A stretch of DNA of 64,000 nucleotides from Oxalobacteraceae bacterium GrIS 1.11 (lineage in GTDB: Bacteria; Pseudomonadota; Gammaproteobacteria; Burkholderiales; Burkholderiaceae_D). Within the stretch, counting starts at the first letter, position 1, and the number at the start of each line of letters is the position of its first letter. The position numbers were made by a program, and so were the translations under genes. Below, in pieces: positions 11,908 through 21,357 of the stretch. The notes beneath the pieces were generated by a model, which had not been told where the DNA came from, did no database searches, and saw nothing but the letters and a program-made list of their open reading frames with translations. The stretch lies in the NCBI GenBank assembly GCA_040544385.1, contig JBEONR010000025.1:30883-94882 (forward strand), in the 5' to 3' direction.

Positions 11908-12816
11908 ATGGATCTGGACCCGAGTGACCTCTTGCTTTTTGCCCGCATCGTCGAATGCGGCAGCTTCAGCCGCGCCGCCGAACGGGTCGGCTTGCCGAAA
12001 TCGACCGTGTCGCGCCGCGTCGCGCAACTCGAAACGACGCTCGGCGAGCGCCTCTTGCAGCGCACCACGCGCAAGCTGGTATTGACCGAATTTGGCGCCA
12101 GCCTGCTCGAGCATGCGCGCAAGGTTGCCGATGAAACCGAGGCGGCCGGCGCGCTGGCGCAACACCGTCAGTTGGCGCCCGGCGGCCGGCTGCGCATCTC
12201 GATGCCGGCCGATTTCGCCAATCTCTGGATGGGGCAGGTACTGGCCGCGTTCATCAGGCGCTATCCGCAGATTTCGCTGGAACTCGATTTGTCGCCGCGC
12301 CGGGTCGACTTGCTGGCGGAAAATTTTGATCTGGCAATACGAATGGGGGTCTTGCCCGACGATGCCAGCCTGGTCGCGCGGCGTGTCGCCAGCAGCACCT
12401 TGAGTCTGTACGCGGCGCCAGCCTACACCAGCTTGCGCGGCTTGCCCGAGCATCCCGACGATTTGTTCCGGCACGACTTGCTCAGCCTGCCACCGGCCAG
12501 CCATGGCTTGTCGCGCTGGATACTTCTGCGCGGCAAAACGCGCTGGGAACGCGATGTGCCGATCCGATTGCTGGCCAATTCGCCCGAATTATTGGTGCGC
12601 ATGGCGGGCACCGGGGTCGGCATTGCCGCCAGCACCGACCGTTTTGCCGAATCCTATCTGCACAGCGGGGAATTGGTGCGGGTCCTGCCGGAGTGGCGTT
12701 TTCCGACCGTCAATGGCTGGGTCGTGTTTCCCGGCCGGCGCCTGATGCCTGCCAAGACCCGGGTTTTTCTCGATATGCTGGAAGAAATGTCGGAGCAAGG
12801 CTGCGCCTCCGTCTGA
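11908..12816 (+). CDS. LysR-family transcriptional regulator
   Basis: [42 protein letters not shown] is the LysR HTH, followed by a LysR substrate domain. It is divergent from azoR. Confidence 0.85.
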   Translation: MDLDPSDLLLFARIVECGSFSRAAERVGLPKSTVSRRVAQLETTLGERLLQRTTRKLVLTEFGASLLEHARKVADETEAAGALAQHRQLAPGGRLRISMPADFANLWMGQVLAAFIRRYPQISLELDLSPRRVDLLAENFDLAIRMGVLPDDASLVARRVASSTLSLYAAPAYTSLRGLPEHPDDLFRHDLLSLPPASHGLSRWILLRGKTRWERDVPIRLLANSPELLVRMAGTGVGIAASTDRFAESYLHSGELVRVLPEWRFPTVNGWVVFPGRRLMPAKTRVFLDMLEEMSEQGCASV

Positions 12817-12820
12817 GGCC

Positions 12821-13666
12821 TTACTTCAGCGCGGCCATGGCTTCGCCCAGGCGCACCGCGCCGGCCGGTTGCCACTGCGGGTTAAATTGCAGCGTATCTT
12901 TTGGAAATAACATGACGACGGTGGAGCCGAGCAGGAAGCGGCCCATCTCCTCGCCTTTTTTCAGGCGGATATCCTGGTCGGCATAGCGCCAGTTACGGAT
13001 CGCGGGCGTGCGCGGCGGATTGACGACGCCGTGCCAGACGGTAGCCATGCTGCCGACGATGGTGGCGCCAACCAGTGTCATCACGAAGGGGCCATGGGCC
13101 GTGTCGAAGACGCAGACGACGCGCTCGTTGCGGGCGAATAAGCCGGGAATGCCGCGCGCCGTGGTCGGGTTGACGGAAAACAGTTCGCCCGGGATATAGA
13201 TCATTTGCGTCAGCCGGCCGTCGCAAGGCATGTGGATGCGGTGGTAATCTTTCGGGCTCAGGTAGAGATTGGCAAAGCTGCCGTGACGGAACTTGGCCGC
13301 CAATTCACGGTCGCCGCCGACCAGGGCGGTGGTCGTGAATTGGTGGCCCTTGGCCTGGAAGATTTGCTCGTCGTCGATCGCGCCGCACTGGCTGATGCGA
13401 CCGTCAACCGGGCAGATGTAGTCGGCTGCCGCCAGCGGGCGGGCGTCCGGGCGCAGGGCGCGCGTAAAGAAATCGTTGAAGCTGGTGTAATTGCCGATGT
13501 CCGGATCGAGGGCTTCGTCCATATTCACCTGGTAACGGCCGACGAACCACTGAATCAGCCGGGTCGTCATGGCGCCGCCCTTGGCGCCGGCGACGCGTCC
13601 GGCGAAATTGGTCAACGCTCCCTTGGGGAGCAAATACTGGGGCAAAACAGCGAGACGATCGGACAC
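12821..13666 (-). CDS. psd: Phosphatidylserine decarboxylase proenzyme
   Basis: 281 aa. …FNDFFTR…, …YHRIHMPCDG… and the LGST cleavage-site motif (…FLLGSTVV…) are characteristic. Confidence 0.9.
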   Translation of the reverse strand: MSDRLAVLPQYLLPKGALTNFAGRVAGAKGGAMTTRLIQWFVGRYQVNMDEALDPDIGNYTSFNDFFTRALRPDARPLAAADYICPVDGRISQCGAIDDEQIFQAKGHQFTTTALVGGDRELAAKFRHGSFANLYLSPKDYHRIHMPCDGRLTQMIYIPGELFSVNPTTARGIPGLFARNERVVCVFDTAHGPFVMTLVGATIVGSMATVWHGVVNPPRTPAIRNWRYADQDIRLKKGEEMGRFLLGSTVVMLFPKDTLQFNPQWQPAGAVRLGEAMAALK

Positions 13667-13812
13667 GATAGGAGCCTGTGGTAAAGACGAAGGCGAATTA
13701 TAACGGGGGCAAGGCGCGGCGGGGCTGAAAAGGGGATAGTCCGAGTCTGAGCATGGCTGCCGCCGGCGAGTTCAAGCATGGCCATGCCCGTTCGCGTGAT
13801 GTCGCCGCTTCT

Positions 13813-14286
13813 TTAATATGGGCGGCCATCCTTGTGCGTGAATTGCCACTGGCCGTCCGGTTCCAGCACGGCTTGCAAGTCGTCGGCCGGGTAGCTGCCC
13901 AGGTCGCCGCCAGTACGGTCGCCGATTTCCAGCAAGACGACGTTGGCGCCGGAGCGGTTTTCCAGCTTGTGGGCGCGCCCGCCGGCCGCGAAGCCGGCAC
14001 ACATGCCCGCCTGCAAGACGGCCTCACCTTCGTCGGTGACGAGCACCGCTTCGCCTTCGAGGATGTAAATCATTTCATCTTGCCGGCTGTGGCGGTGCAG
14101 CAGCGCGGAGGCGGCGCCCGGCGCCAGCGTGGTGCGGTTCACGCCGACATTGTGCAGGCCGAACAGTTCGCCCAGCGGCTGCTTGACGCGGCCTGCCATT
14201 TGGCTGGCGAATGGTTCCGGATAATTCGACGGTTTGGCGCGCACGGGGGCGTCGGCGGCATGGATCGCAAGCGGGACAATGGGCAT
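13813..14286 (-). CDS. Cupin-domain protein
   Basis: LHRHSRQDEMIYILEGEAVL fits the cupin motif 1. Confidence 0.7.
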   Translation of the reverse strand: MPIVPLAIHAADAPVRAKPSNYPEPFASQMAGRVKQPLGELFGLHNVGVNRTTLAPGAASALLHRHSRQDEMIYILEGEAVLVTDEGEAVLQAGMCAGFAAGGRAHKLENRSGANVVLLEIGDRTGGDLGSYPADDLQAVLEPDGQWQFTHKDGRPY

Positions 14287-14355
14287 GTTTTTTTTCGCAT
14301 GGTGATAGGGATGTTCTAGTGTAGCGCAACTGATAATATTGTGCAGCCTGCGGAC

Positions 14356-15477
14356 TCAGCTTTGAGGCCGCCAGCTGAAGCGCTTGAAGGCAAGTAACAG
14401 CGATAGCGTGCCTATCAGCAAGAGAATGAACAGGGTATAGAGCAGTTTTGCGGCGTTGATCTGGCCGGACAGTAAGTCGCGCATGCTGCCCACCAGCGCA
14501 TTGAGCGGCAGTAACTCCATGGCGTCGCGCAGTGTTTTCGGCAAGCTGATCAGTGGCACCATGACGTTGCCGGTGAACAGCAAGGGGAAATAGAGGGAAT
14601 TGGCGGCCAGGGTGGCCACCGTGGTCGAGCTTGAAAACGCGGCGATCAAGATGCCGATGGCGAGGAAGGACGCGGCTCCAAGCGTCAACAGCAGGAAGGC
14701 GGCAGCCACTTGTGGGACGCCGGCGTCGAATCTGAGGCCATACAGCAAGCTCGCCAGCACGAACATCAAGCCACTGGCGCCCAGGCACAATAACAGCCGC
14801 GATACGCACCACACCAGCAGTAGCAGGCTGGGCTTGATCGGGAATAACTGGTAGAGCTTGAACATGCCACCCTCGCGCGCCGCCACCAACGTCAAGCCAA
14901 AGTCCATTAAGCTGGTGGAAAGAACGATCATGCCGGCCAAGCCCGTGACCAGATACAAGAGGTAGTTGCCGCCGGCGGGGCTGGGCGCGGCGCTGGCAAA
15001 GACCAGCCCGAGCATGCGCGGCTTGCCGGAAGACTCGATATTGTAGGCGTCGGTGATGGCGGCCACGATGCCGCGTGTTGCGGTGAGCAAAATATTGTCG
15101 CGCAGCTTGCCGTCCAGGAGCAGCTCGCTCGGCTGGCCCGTGCGCGTGCGCGCGCCAAAACCGGACGGTATCGTCAGTGCCAGGTCGCAAGTGTTGGTGG
15201 CGGCACCGACAGCATGGAGTTTGACCTTCAGCGAGCTTTGGCGGGCCAACTGGCGCGCCAGATAATCGCCGTAGGCAGCGCTTGCGGGACTGCCATCGAG
15301 ATTGACGACGCACAAATCGACGGGGCCGAGGGCGCTGCCGCCGCCAAATAATGTCATTTGCAAGATCAGCATCAAGGCTGGGAAAAACAAGGTCCAGAAC
15401 ATGCCGATTTTGCCGCGCAAGGCTAAAACGAGGTCGATGCGCAGAAATTCCAGGAAGATTTTGATCATCTTAGGCAC
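14356..15477 (-). CDS. ABC-2 type transporter permease (export component of the RiPP cluster)
   Basis: 373 aa with six predicted TM helices and an ABC-2 topology. Its start overlaps the stop of the upstream ABC ATPase fusion gene by 8 nt. Confidence 0.8.
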   Translation of the reverse strand: MPKMIKIFLEFLRIDLVLALRGKIGMFWTLFFPALMLILQMTLFGGGSALGPVDLCVVNLDGSPASAAYGDYLARQLARQSSLKVKLHAVGAATNTCDLALTIPSGFGARTRTGQPSELLLDGKLRDNILLTATRGIVAAITDAYNIESSGKPRMLGLVFASAAPSPAGGNYLLYLVTGLAGMIVLSTSLMDFGLTLVAAREGGMFKLYQLFPIKPSLLLLVWCVSRLLLCLGASGLMFVLASLLYGLRFDAGVPQVAAAFLLLTLGAASFLAIGILIAAFSSSTTVATLAANSLYFPLLFTGNVMVPLISLPKTLRDAMELLPLNALVGSMRDLLSGQINAAKLLYTLFILLLIGTLSLLLAFKRFSWRPQS

Positions 15478-17791
15478 CTGTCAGCTTGGCGAGGAAATCC
15501 TCGGTGCCCGTATGCTCGATACTGAATGCATTCAAGCCCTGCCGTTGAGCGAAGCTCTTGAATTGGGCCGCGAATTGCTGGCTCCCGTAAGTCAGGCATT
15601 GTTGATCTTGCGGACCGGATACGATGCCCGGCAATTGCCGCAATTGGGCCAGGGCCGGCGCGGACAAAGGCTCGAAAATGCGCACCTTGTTTTCACCCAC
15701 ATATTTTTTCACCAAGTCGGCAAGCTTGCCCTGGTCGACTATGCGACCGCCATCCAGGCAAATGACGCGGTCCATTCTTTCGATATCGGCGGCAAGGTGA
15801 GAAATGACGACCAGACTCATCTCCCGCTGATCCCATAGCTTGCGTAAGGCCTGGGCAAACCATTCATCGAGGCCCAGCGACGGTTCGTCGAGCAAGACAA
15901 TGTCGGGGTGGTGGGCCAGGGCGAGGAACAGGTGGACCCTTTGCATTTGCCCGCGCGACAGCGTCCTGTATTGGGCGGCCAGCAATTCATCGATGCCGAG
16001 CGCGCCGGTCAGTTGCTCGTCGCCGCAGCCATAGACGACCCGATGCATGCGTACCAGTTCGCGCACATACATCGCGCCAAACAAACCCACGTCTTGCAGC
16101 AAACCGCCCATCCGGCGTTTGCGCTCCATTGCGCCGGCTTGCCCGGCACCCCCGAAGCGCAATTGCATCGAACCGGCGTGCGGCTGGCGCAGGCCCATCA
16201 GGGTTTCCAGCAGCACCGTCTTGCCGCTGCCATTGCGCCCCACCAGGGCGACGCGCTCGTTGCGGTGGACCATCAAATTGTCTACGCACAAGGTGAATTG
16301 ATCCGATACCGCCAGCCTTAAACCGTTCACCGTGATCGCCGCTTCGGCGCCGATGACGCGCGCCTTGCGTGCGGGCAGGGGGGCATCATCGCTTGCTACT
16401 GCCTGGCCCAGGTAGCGCAACAGGTCGATAGCGCGCTGGCCATACAGGGTGTCGTGTATCAGGTCGCGCAACATGCCCAAGCCGCGCGCGCGGTCGCCGC
16501 CATATTGCATCGGCGTATTGATGTACAGCTGGGCTCGGCCAATGCGCAAATCGGGATCGTCCGGCGTCAGGCGCAGCGCGCGTTCATACGCAGTGGCAGC
16601 TTTTTCGCCATAGATCGCCAGCTTGGCGATATTGTTTCCCGCTAGGCGCAGCGCCAGCACGGCGCGGTGGCCGCGCAGGGTCCAGCGCCGCGCCTCGGGC
16701 AAGAGCGCGCCTTCGACCATGAGTATGTCGATACGGGCCAGGTCGGCATCGCCGACATCTTGCCCGGTATTGAGTTGCAGCGCGGCCCGATGCAGGCGGG
16801 CGCCGATGAGCAAGTCGAGCGCGGCGGGCGATTGCGCGCGCGCTTCCAGGGCCGCTATCGTGGCATCGAGTTGTTCCGGTGCTTGCCTGTGACAGGCGCG
16901 CAAGATCGCGACGCCCGCCGCATGCAGGAAATCGTGGTCGGCCTGCGGTTGCGGCGCGACGCAGTGGAAATCTTCCAGGCGCTGTCCCAGCCGCTGTTCG
17001 AGCATGGCGGCAATCTCGCCGTCGTTGCCCGCTTGCGCGAGGGCATGGAACAATTCCGCCACGCCGGCGCCGCCATGGCGCTGATGTAGGCGCGCAATGA
17101 TGCGGGCGCCTATGCGCCGGAGGCCATCGGCTTGCTCGAACGATGCGCCCACGCCTTCAAAGAACAGGCCGTCATTGGCGGCCGGGCTCAATAAGGTGCG
17201 CAGGCTGAACGAGGGCGGCGCGCCGTCGGCTTCGAGCGCGACGCCACTAAATTGCTCGGCAATCAGGCAAGCGAGTCCCTCGTCGAGCAGCCTGACGCCG
17301 CATGTGAGGAAGGCATGCCCCGTTTCATGGAAAATCTCGGCACGCAAATGCTCGCCATACTGGCCGCCTGATAATTGAATCACGGCAAAGCCCGGGAAAT
17401 TGTCTATGGTGAGATGCAGGCCTTCCCGCTCGGGCTTGTATTCCAGCAAGATGGTGGGCGCCGGTAGCGCCAGAAAATCGGCGCAAGCGGCGATCGCGTC
17501 GGCGAAGTCGCGCAGCGCGGCCGGCGGCAAGTGCGATCCGGCAAAAGTATACAGCGGCCCCTTGCGTTCGATTTTTCTTTTTCCATCGGCAATCGCGCGC
17601 AAGCTCGGCAGCGAATGAAAACGGCCGCGGAAGGCGAACAGGCGCGCCAGGATATCGCCGGCCGCCGCGCAATCGCCGGCCGCCGCCAGCGCCATGAATT
17701 GGGCAATCAATTGCCTTAACTCCCGGTCGACATCGGGGTGCGCGTCGCGCCGCCGCGCCGGAACCATGCGTGGATGCAAGCCCGGATTCAT
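15470..17791 (-). CDS. Tripartite protein: N-terminal HExxH (putative Zn-metallopeptidase-like) domain, TPR-like middle region, C-terminal ABC transporter ATP-binding domain
   Basis: The N-terminal region contains FHETGHAF. The C-terminal part has Walker A GRNGSGKT, the ABC signature LSRGQMQRV and Walker B IVLLDEPSLGLD. The ATG overlaps the stop of the SagB-type dehydrogenase gene (ATGA). Confidence 0.8.
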   Translation of the reverse strand: MNPGLHPRMVPARRRDAHPDVDRELRQLIAQFMALAAAGDCAAAGDILARLFAFRGRFHSLPSLRAIADGKRKIERKGPLYTFAGSHLPPAALRDFADAIAACADFLALPAPTILLEYKPEREGLHLTIDNFPGFAVIQLSGGQYGEHLRAEIFHETGHAFLTCGVRLLDEGLACLIAEQFSGVALEADGAPPSFSLRTLLSPAANDGLFFEGVGASFEQADGLRRIGARIIARLHQRHGGAGVAELFHALAQAGNDGEIAAMLEQRLGQRLEDFHCVAPQPQADHDFLHAAGVAILRACHRQAPEQLDATIAALEARAQSPAALDLLIGARLHRAALQLNTGQDVGDADLARIDILMVEGALLPEARRWTLRGHRAVLALRLAGNNIAKLAIYGEKAATAYERALRLTPDDPDLRIGRAQLYINTPMQYGGDRARGLGMLRDLIHDTLYGQRAIDLLRYLGQAVASDDAPLPARKARVIGAEAAITVNGLRLAVSDQFTLCVDNLMVHRNERVALVGRNGSGKTVLLETLMGLRQPHAGSMQLRFGGAGQAGAMERKRRMGGLLQDVGLFGAMYVRELVRMHRVVYGCGDEQLTGALGIDELLAAQYRTLSRGQMQRVHLFLALAHHPDIVLLDEPSLGLDEWFAQALRKLWDQREMSLVVISHLAADIERMDRVICLDGGRIVDQGKLADLVKKYVGENKVRIFEPLSAPALAQLRQLPGIVSGPQDQQCLTYGSQQFAAQFKSFAQRQGLNAFSIEHTGTEDFLAKLTGA

Positions 17792-18627
17792 GTGCTTTTC
17801 CTGCCGACTAATAGGACGGCGGCGACGGCTTCCGTCACCCCGTCAAGATGCAATTCCGCTTCGATTTCATTGTCAAAATATGAGCCATAGGGCAGGGCCT
17901 TCAAGCCCATGCCTTGGGCCACCAGGCAAACATTTTGACTCGCATGTCCCGCTTCCAGCAATCCCATGCGATAGCCGCGCGCGCCATATTTCGCGGTGAC
18001 CCGTTGCGGGACCGTCGTCAAGACGATGGCCAGCGGCGCGCGGGCGCTTTTTTCGTCGGATCGCAAACCCGTGCGGGGCCGTTGCCCGACATCATAATGG
18101 GACAGGATGCGCAAGGCGTGCGCTCGTGCATCGTAGTGCGCGATGCAAGGCGCGACCCCTTGCACCTTGTTCAAGAAGAGGTAAATTTCGGTCGGATACA
18201 GCGCGCCCGGCGATGGGTAGGGGCGCAGATAAAGTGTGGCGTGCGGTAATTCGTCTATCGATTTTTGCGCGCTCACGCCAAGGGCATGGTGCAGCAGGGT
18301 CGACACCTTGGCCAGCGTCAATTCGCCGGCCGGGCTGGTGACGCTACGCCGCTCCGCCAGGGTACGGCCGAGACGCGCCGTCAGCGCAGATGGCGGCGGT
18401 AAATCGAGCAAGGCATAATTGGGGAATGCATGATGGCCGGATGCACCCACTGAAATGAATTCAGGATTGTGCAAGTAGCGCGCGATGCTGCGCACTTGTC
18501 CGCTGCACGTTGCGCGGTAATATTTTGTTTGCTCATGGAATATTTCTACCGGGTTGTCAATGTCAAAATTGACGTAGAAAATTCGTGGCGGCAGTAGGTC
18601 CTGCAAAAATTTATTCATGTCTTCCAC
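17788..18627 (-). CDS. SagB-type (McbC-like, nitroreductase-fold) dehydrogenase for azoline-to-azole oxidation
   Basis: The PSPGALYPTEIYLF and LEAGHASQNVCLVAQGMGLKALPYG motifs match the SagB/ThcOx dehydrogenase family. It lies directly downstream of the YcaO gene. Confidence 0.8.
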   Translation of the reverse strand: MEDMNKFLQDLLPPRIFYVNFDIDNPVEIFHEQTKYYRATCSGQVRSIARYLHNPEFISVGASGHHAFPNYALLDLPPPSALTARLGRTLAERRSVTSPAGELTLAKVSTLLHHALGVSAQKSIDELPHATLYLRPYPSPGALYPTEIYLFLNKVQGVAPCIAHYDARAHALRILSHYDVGQRPRTGLRSDEKSARAPLAIVLTTVPQRVTAKYGARGYRMGLLEAGHASQNVCLVAQGMGLKALPYGSYFDNEIEAELHLDGVTEAVAAVLLVGRKST

Positions 18628-18703
18628 GCTGGAATAGTTGGGTGGCCGGCGATGCCAAATTGGATGAAAGTGCTTCCCATTGGCTCCCCATGCGCCGGAA
18701 AAA

Positions 18704-20014
18704 TCATGGAAATGGGTGCGGCGCGTTATTCAGAACGGGGAAGGGCGCGATACCCCACACATCGGCGATCTTGCGCAGCCGCCGTTCATCTTCGCTCATT
18801 AAACCCAGGCCGAAATTCAAAGGCTGCAAACCCGGCACCACGACTTTTGCGACCACGATGCCGAGACTGGCGATGTCGGCCGGGGTCACGTCAAGCGCCA
18901 GCGTGCGATAGCCGATATGGCGCAAATGTGCGATCATTTTTGGTAAATCAGGCTCCTGCTCCTGCTCCCGCTTCAGGTCGGCGCTCGAAACCGTACCGGT
19001 ATTGTCAAACAGGAAGTCGAGATTGGCGCGCCGCGCCGGATCGAGGTAATAGCTAAAGTGGTCGGTGGGATTGTCAATTTCTTCCAAGGTTGGAATCGGC
19101 TTCCCAAAATCCTTGATGCGCCGGCTCCACACGGCGCCATGCAAGGATTCGATGACGGCCTTGTTGATGGCGCGTTCGAGATGGGGATGGGCGCTGGCGC
19201 CGCAAGCCATCAAGCCTTCGCGGGGATTGTCGGCCATCGCCATGATTACGGGAATGCCCGTGTCGGTGGCGATACACCACAGGTGAAGCTGGACATTCGG
19301 GTTTTCCAGCGCCGCCCGCACACCGGGCAATAGCCTGGTGTCGTCGGCGATGAGCAGCCTTGGCGGCGAATATTTCAGTTGCCACATCGCGGCAAAGGCA
19401 TCCCTTTCAAGGACTTCGCATAAGCCGCCTAGCACGGCGCTTTGAAAATCGTCGGCGCAACTGAAACCGGTCGACACGCCTTGCATCAATTCTTCCCTGG
19501 GGGTGGCAATTTGCGTCCCCAGGAAGACCGTGCTGGCGGGAACCAGGCGTTCCCGGCCGCCATCCGACAAGTCCCGCGCGGCAATCCAATGCATGGGCAA
19601 TGAGCGGTTCGGCCGCGCAAAGGGGAAATCCGGCAAAGCGTATTGGGCGTCGCCAAACAGGATATAGCTGTCCAGGGGGATCGCCGTATCGCCCAACTCA
19701 TCGGCGCTGGCCAGGCGCAATTGCGCGTCATCGTAGATGCAGGCGGCATAACGTTCCATCGCCTCGCCAAAAGTTGCCCACATGGCCGTCGCGCGGTCAA
19801 ATGCGGCGCCGGAACCATTTAATGGATCGGGGCGCCTGGTGCGGCAATTCTGGCGAAAATAAGCGGCGTCGACCGTCAGCGCATTAAAGACAAACAATCC
19901 GGGCGCGATCGTGCTGCCGGCTTCTTCCATCAAGGACTTGATGATGCCGTGACGTTGATGTACCAAGGCGCCATGGATCTCCGCCAGGCGCGCGCTAGCC
20001 GAAAAATCTTCCAT
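18704..20014 (-). CDS. YcaO-domain cyclodehydratase (TOMM 'D' protein)
   Basis: N-terminal …FGEAMERYAA…, central STGFSCADDFQSAVLGGLCEVLERDAF (the YcaO ATP-binding region) and a proline-rich C-terminus …PHPFP (the PxPxP motif of azoline-forming YcaOs). Confidence 0.85.
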   Translation of the reverse strand: MEDFSASARLAEIHGALVHQRHGIIKSLMEEAGSTIAPGLFVFNALTVDAAYFRQNCRTRRPDPLNGSGAAFDRATAMWATFGEAMERYAACIYDDAQLRLASADELGDTAIPLDSYILFGDAQYALPDFPFARPNRSLPMHWIAARDLSDGGRERLVPASTVFLGTQIATPREELMQGVSTGFSCADDFQSAVLGGLCEVLERDAFAAMWQLKYSPPRLLIADDTRLLPGVRAALENPNVQLHLWCIATDTGIPVIMAMADNPREGLMACGASAHPHLERAINKAVIESLHGAVWSRRIKDFGKPIPTLEEIDNPTDHFSYYLDPARRANLDFLFDNTGTVSSADLKREQEQEPDLPKMIAHLRHIGYRTLALDVTPADIASLGIVVAKVVVPGLQPLNFGLGLMSEDERRLRKIADVWGIAPFPVLNNAPHPFP

Positions 20015-20015
20015 T

Positions 20016-20987
20016 TCATGCCTTCATTTCATGCAGTTTAGGGGCGGCAATGGCATTGCCGGGACGGCGCGCATTGCCGGAGCCGCATACGGGGCAACGT
20101 GGCAGTTTGAGCAAGTGGCTGGAGAATACTTCGCCCTTCAAGGCATCGACTTCGCGTATCGGGCTCAGATGCAGATCCGGGGCAATGCCTGACAAATACG
20201 AGAGAATCTGGCTCATCGACACGGCAATCGCCCAATGAATGCTCAGTTTGCTCGGCACCGGTCGATACAGGATATTGTCGACCTTGCCATGGGCGGAAAA
20301 TTCTTCCGCGTGGAGGCGGGTGGCACTCACACGGTGGAAATAGCATTCATAGCAGGCATTGGCTTGAGGAATGACCAGGGGTCCGCAGCGAACGATGTGC
20401 CAGTCCAGCGCCACATACAGGGTCGGCAGCTTCGCTTCGATGGCTTGCTGATTGAGCGAACGGAAAAACGCATGGTTTTCCTCGTCGGCACAAGCGACCA
20501 CGAGAGTGGGCACATTGTCAATAATGGGTATGTCGGACATGTCTGCACGCCTCAGCAATTCGATGCCGTGCGCGCTAATGGTGGCTGCTAGTTGCTCGGC
20601 CAACATACCGGTGCCGACCACCGCTGCACGCCAACGCTCCGCACTGGCCCAATGATCGCTGTCGGCGCCCGTGTGCGCCTTCATCGCGGCGACATAACTG
20701 AGAAAGGCGCGGGTGGAATCGGCCATCGAACGGCTATCGACATCGAGCAATATTTTCGAATTGAGCAGGAATTGTACGGTGGCGGAAATGGCGTCGGGAG
20801 AATAGCGCTGGAAGCGCTGTTCCGGTAAGGCATGGATATCGAGTCCCCTGGCAGCGGAGTCAATCAAGGAGCGCAGCAATCCAGCCCTATCCTGTACCGT
20901 CATGCGTTTTCCATAGAGGGTCAGGGAAAGTCGCTCCGCATCAATGATGGCAACATCCAAGCCTGGCGATAAATAATATTTTTTCAT
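20016..20987 (-). CDS. E1/ThiF-like cyclodehydratase partner ('C' protein) with a probable N-terminal leader-binding region and a Zn-tetrathiolate
   Basis: ThiF-like Rossmann segment AAVVGTGMLAEQLAATISAHGI. Paired CxxC motifs (CYECY … CPVCG). The stop lies 1 nt from the YcaO start. Confidence 0.7.
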   Translation of the reverse strand: MKKYYLSPGLDVAIIDAERLSLTLYGKRMTVQDRAGLLRSLIDSAARGLDIHALPEQRFQRYSPDAISATVQFLLNSKILLDVDSRSMADSTRAFLSYVAAMKAHTGADSDHWASAERWRAAVVGTGMLAEQLAATISAHGIELLRRADMSDIPIIDNVPTLVVACADEENHAFFRSLNQQAIEAKLPTLYVALDWHIVRCGPLVIPQANACYECYFHRVSATRLHAEEFSAHGKVDNILYRPVPSKLSIHWAIAVSMSQILSYLSGIAPDLHLSPIREVDALKGEVFSSHLLKLPRCPVCGSGNARRPGNAIAAPKLHEMKA

Positions 20988-21160
20988 GGCTGAAATGTCT
21001 CCGGGAGTAAAGACTTGACCTGGCCACTACTAGCTTGTGCAGGATCGAAAGACTTAAGAATTTTAATAGAATAATTAAACCAATGGATAGAAAGTTATAA
21101 TAATGTTGCATTAATTAAGATCAGGAAATATTTCTTCGGCCCGATAGTTTTTCCTTGCCG

Positions 21161-21192
21161 GCAAGCGGTGGCCGGCGCCAGCCACCGCTTGC
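21161..21192 (-). promoter_or_regulatory. Perfect 12-bp stem-loop between the precursor gene and the maturase genes (putative partial terminator/attenuator)
   Basis: GCAAGCGGTGGC-cggcgcca-GCCACCGCTTGC. On the transcribed (minus) strand it lies 10 nt after the precursor stop codon. No strong U-tract. Confidence 0.5.
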
Positions 21193-21201
21193 CCTTATTG
21201 C

Positions 21202-21357
21202 TTATTGCGTCTTGCTGGAACAACTGGTGCAACTACAACTACCGCCCACGGGGGCGATTGCGGAGGCGCCCACCAGTTCGTCACCATACAGGTCGGAGTA
21301 CTCGACTTCCGTCGTGTCGGTGATGGAAATGTCTTCCGTCAAAATAAACTTATCCAT
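21202..21357 (-). CDS. RiPP precursor peptide (51 aa) with a Cys/Ser/Thr-rich core. It is absent from the supplied ORF track.
   Basis: The minus-strand reading TTTATAGGAGATTCAT-ATG (SD + 5 nt spacer) gives MDKFILTEDISITDTTEVEYSDLYGDELVGASAIAPVGG-SCSCTSCSSKTQ*. An acidic leader ends in Gly-Gly, followed by a 12-residue core with 3 Cys, 5 Ser and 2 Thr. It sits immediately upstream of the E1-like/YcaO/dehydrogenase genes. Confidence 0.75.
   Translation of the reverse strand: MDKFILTEDISITDTTEVEYSDLYGDELVGASAIAPVGGSCSCTSCSSKTQ

Noticed and set aside
13813-14286. Cupin gene as a seventh member of the RiPP cluster
   Set aside because: It is co-oriented and adjacent to the ABC-2 permease, but separated by ~70 nt, with no overlap and no obvious RiPP-related function. 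It is kept as a neighbouring gene.
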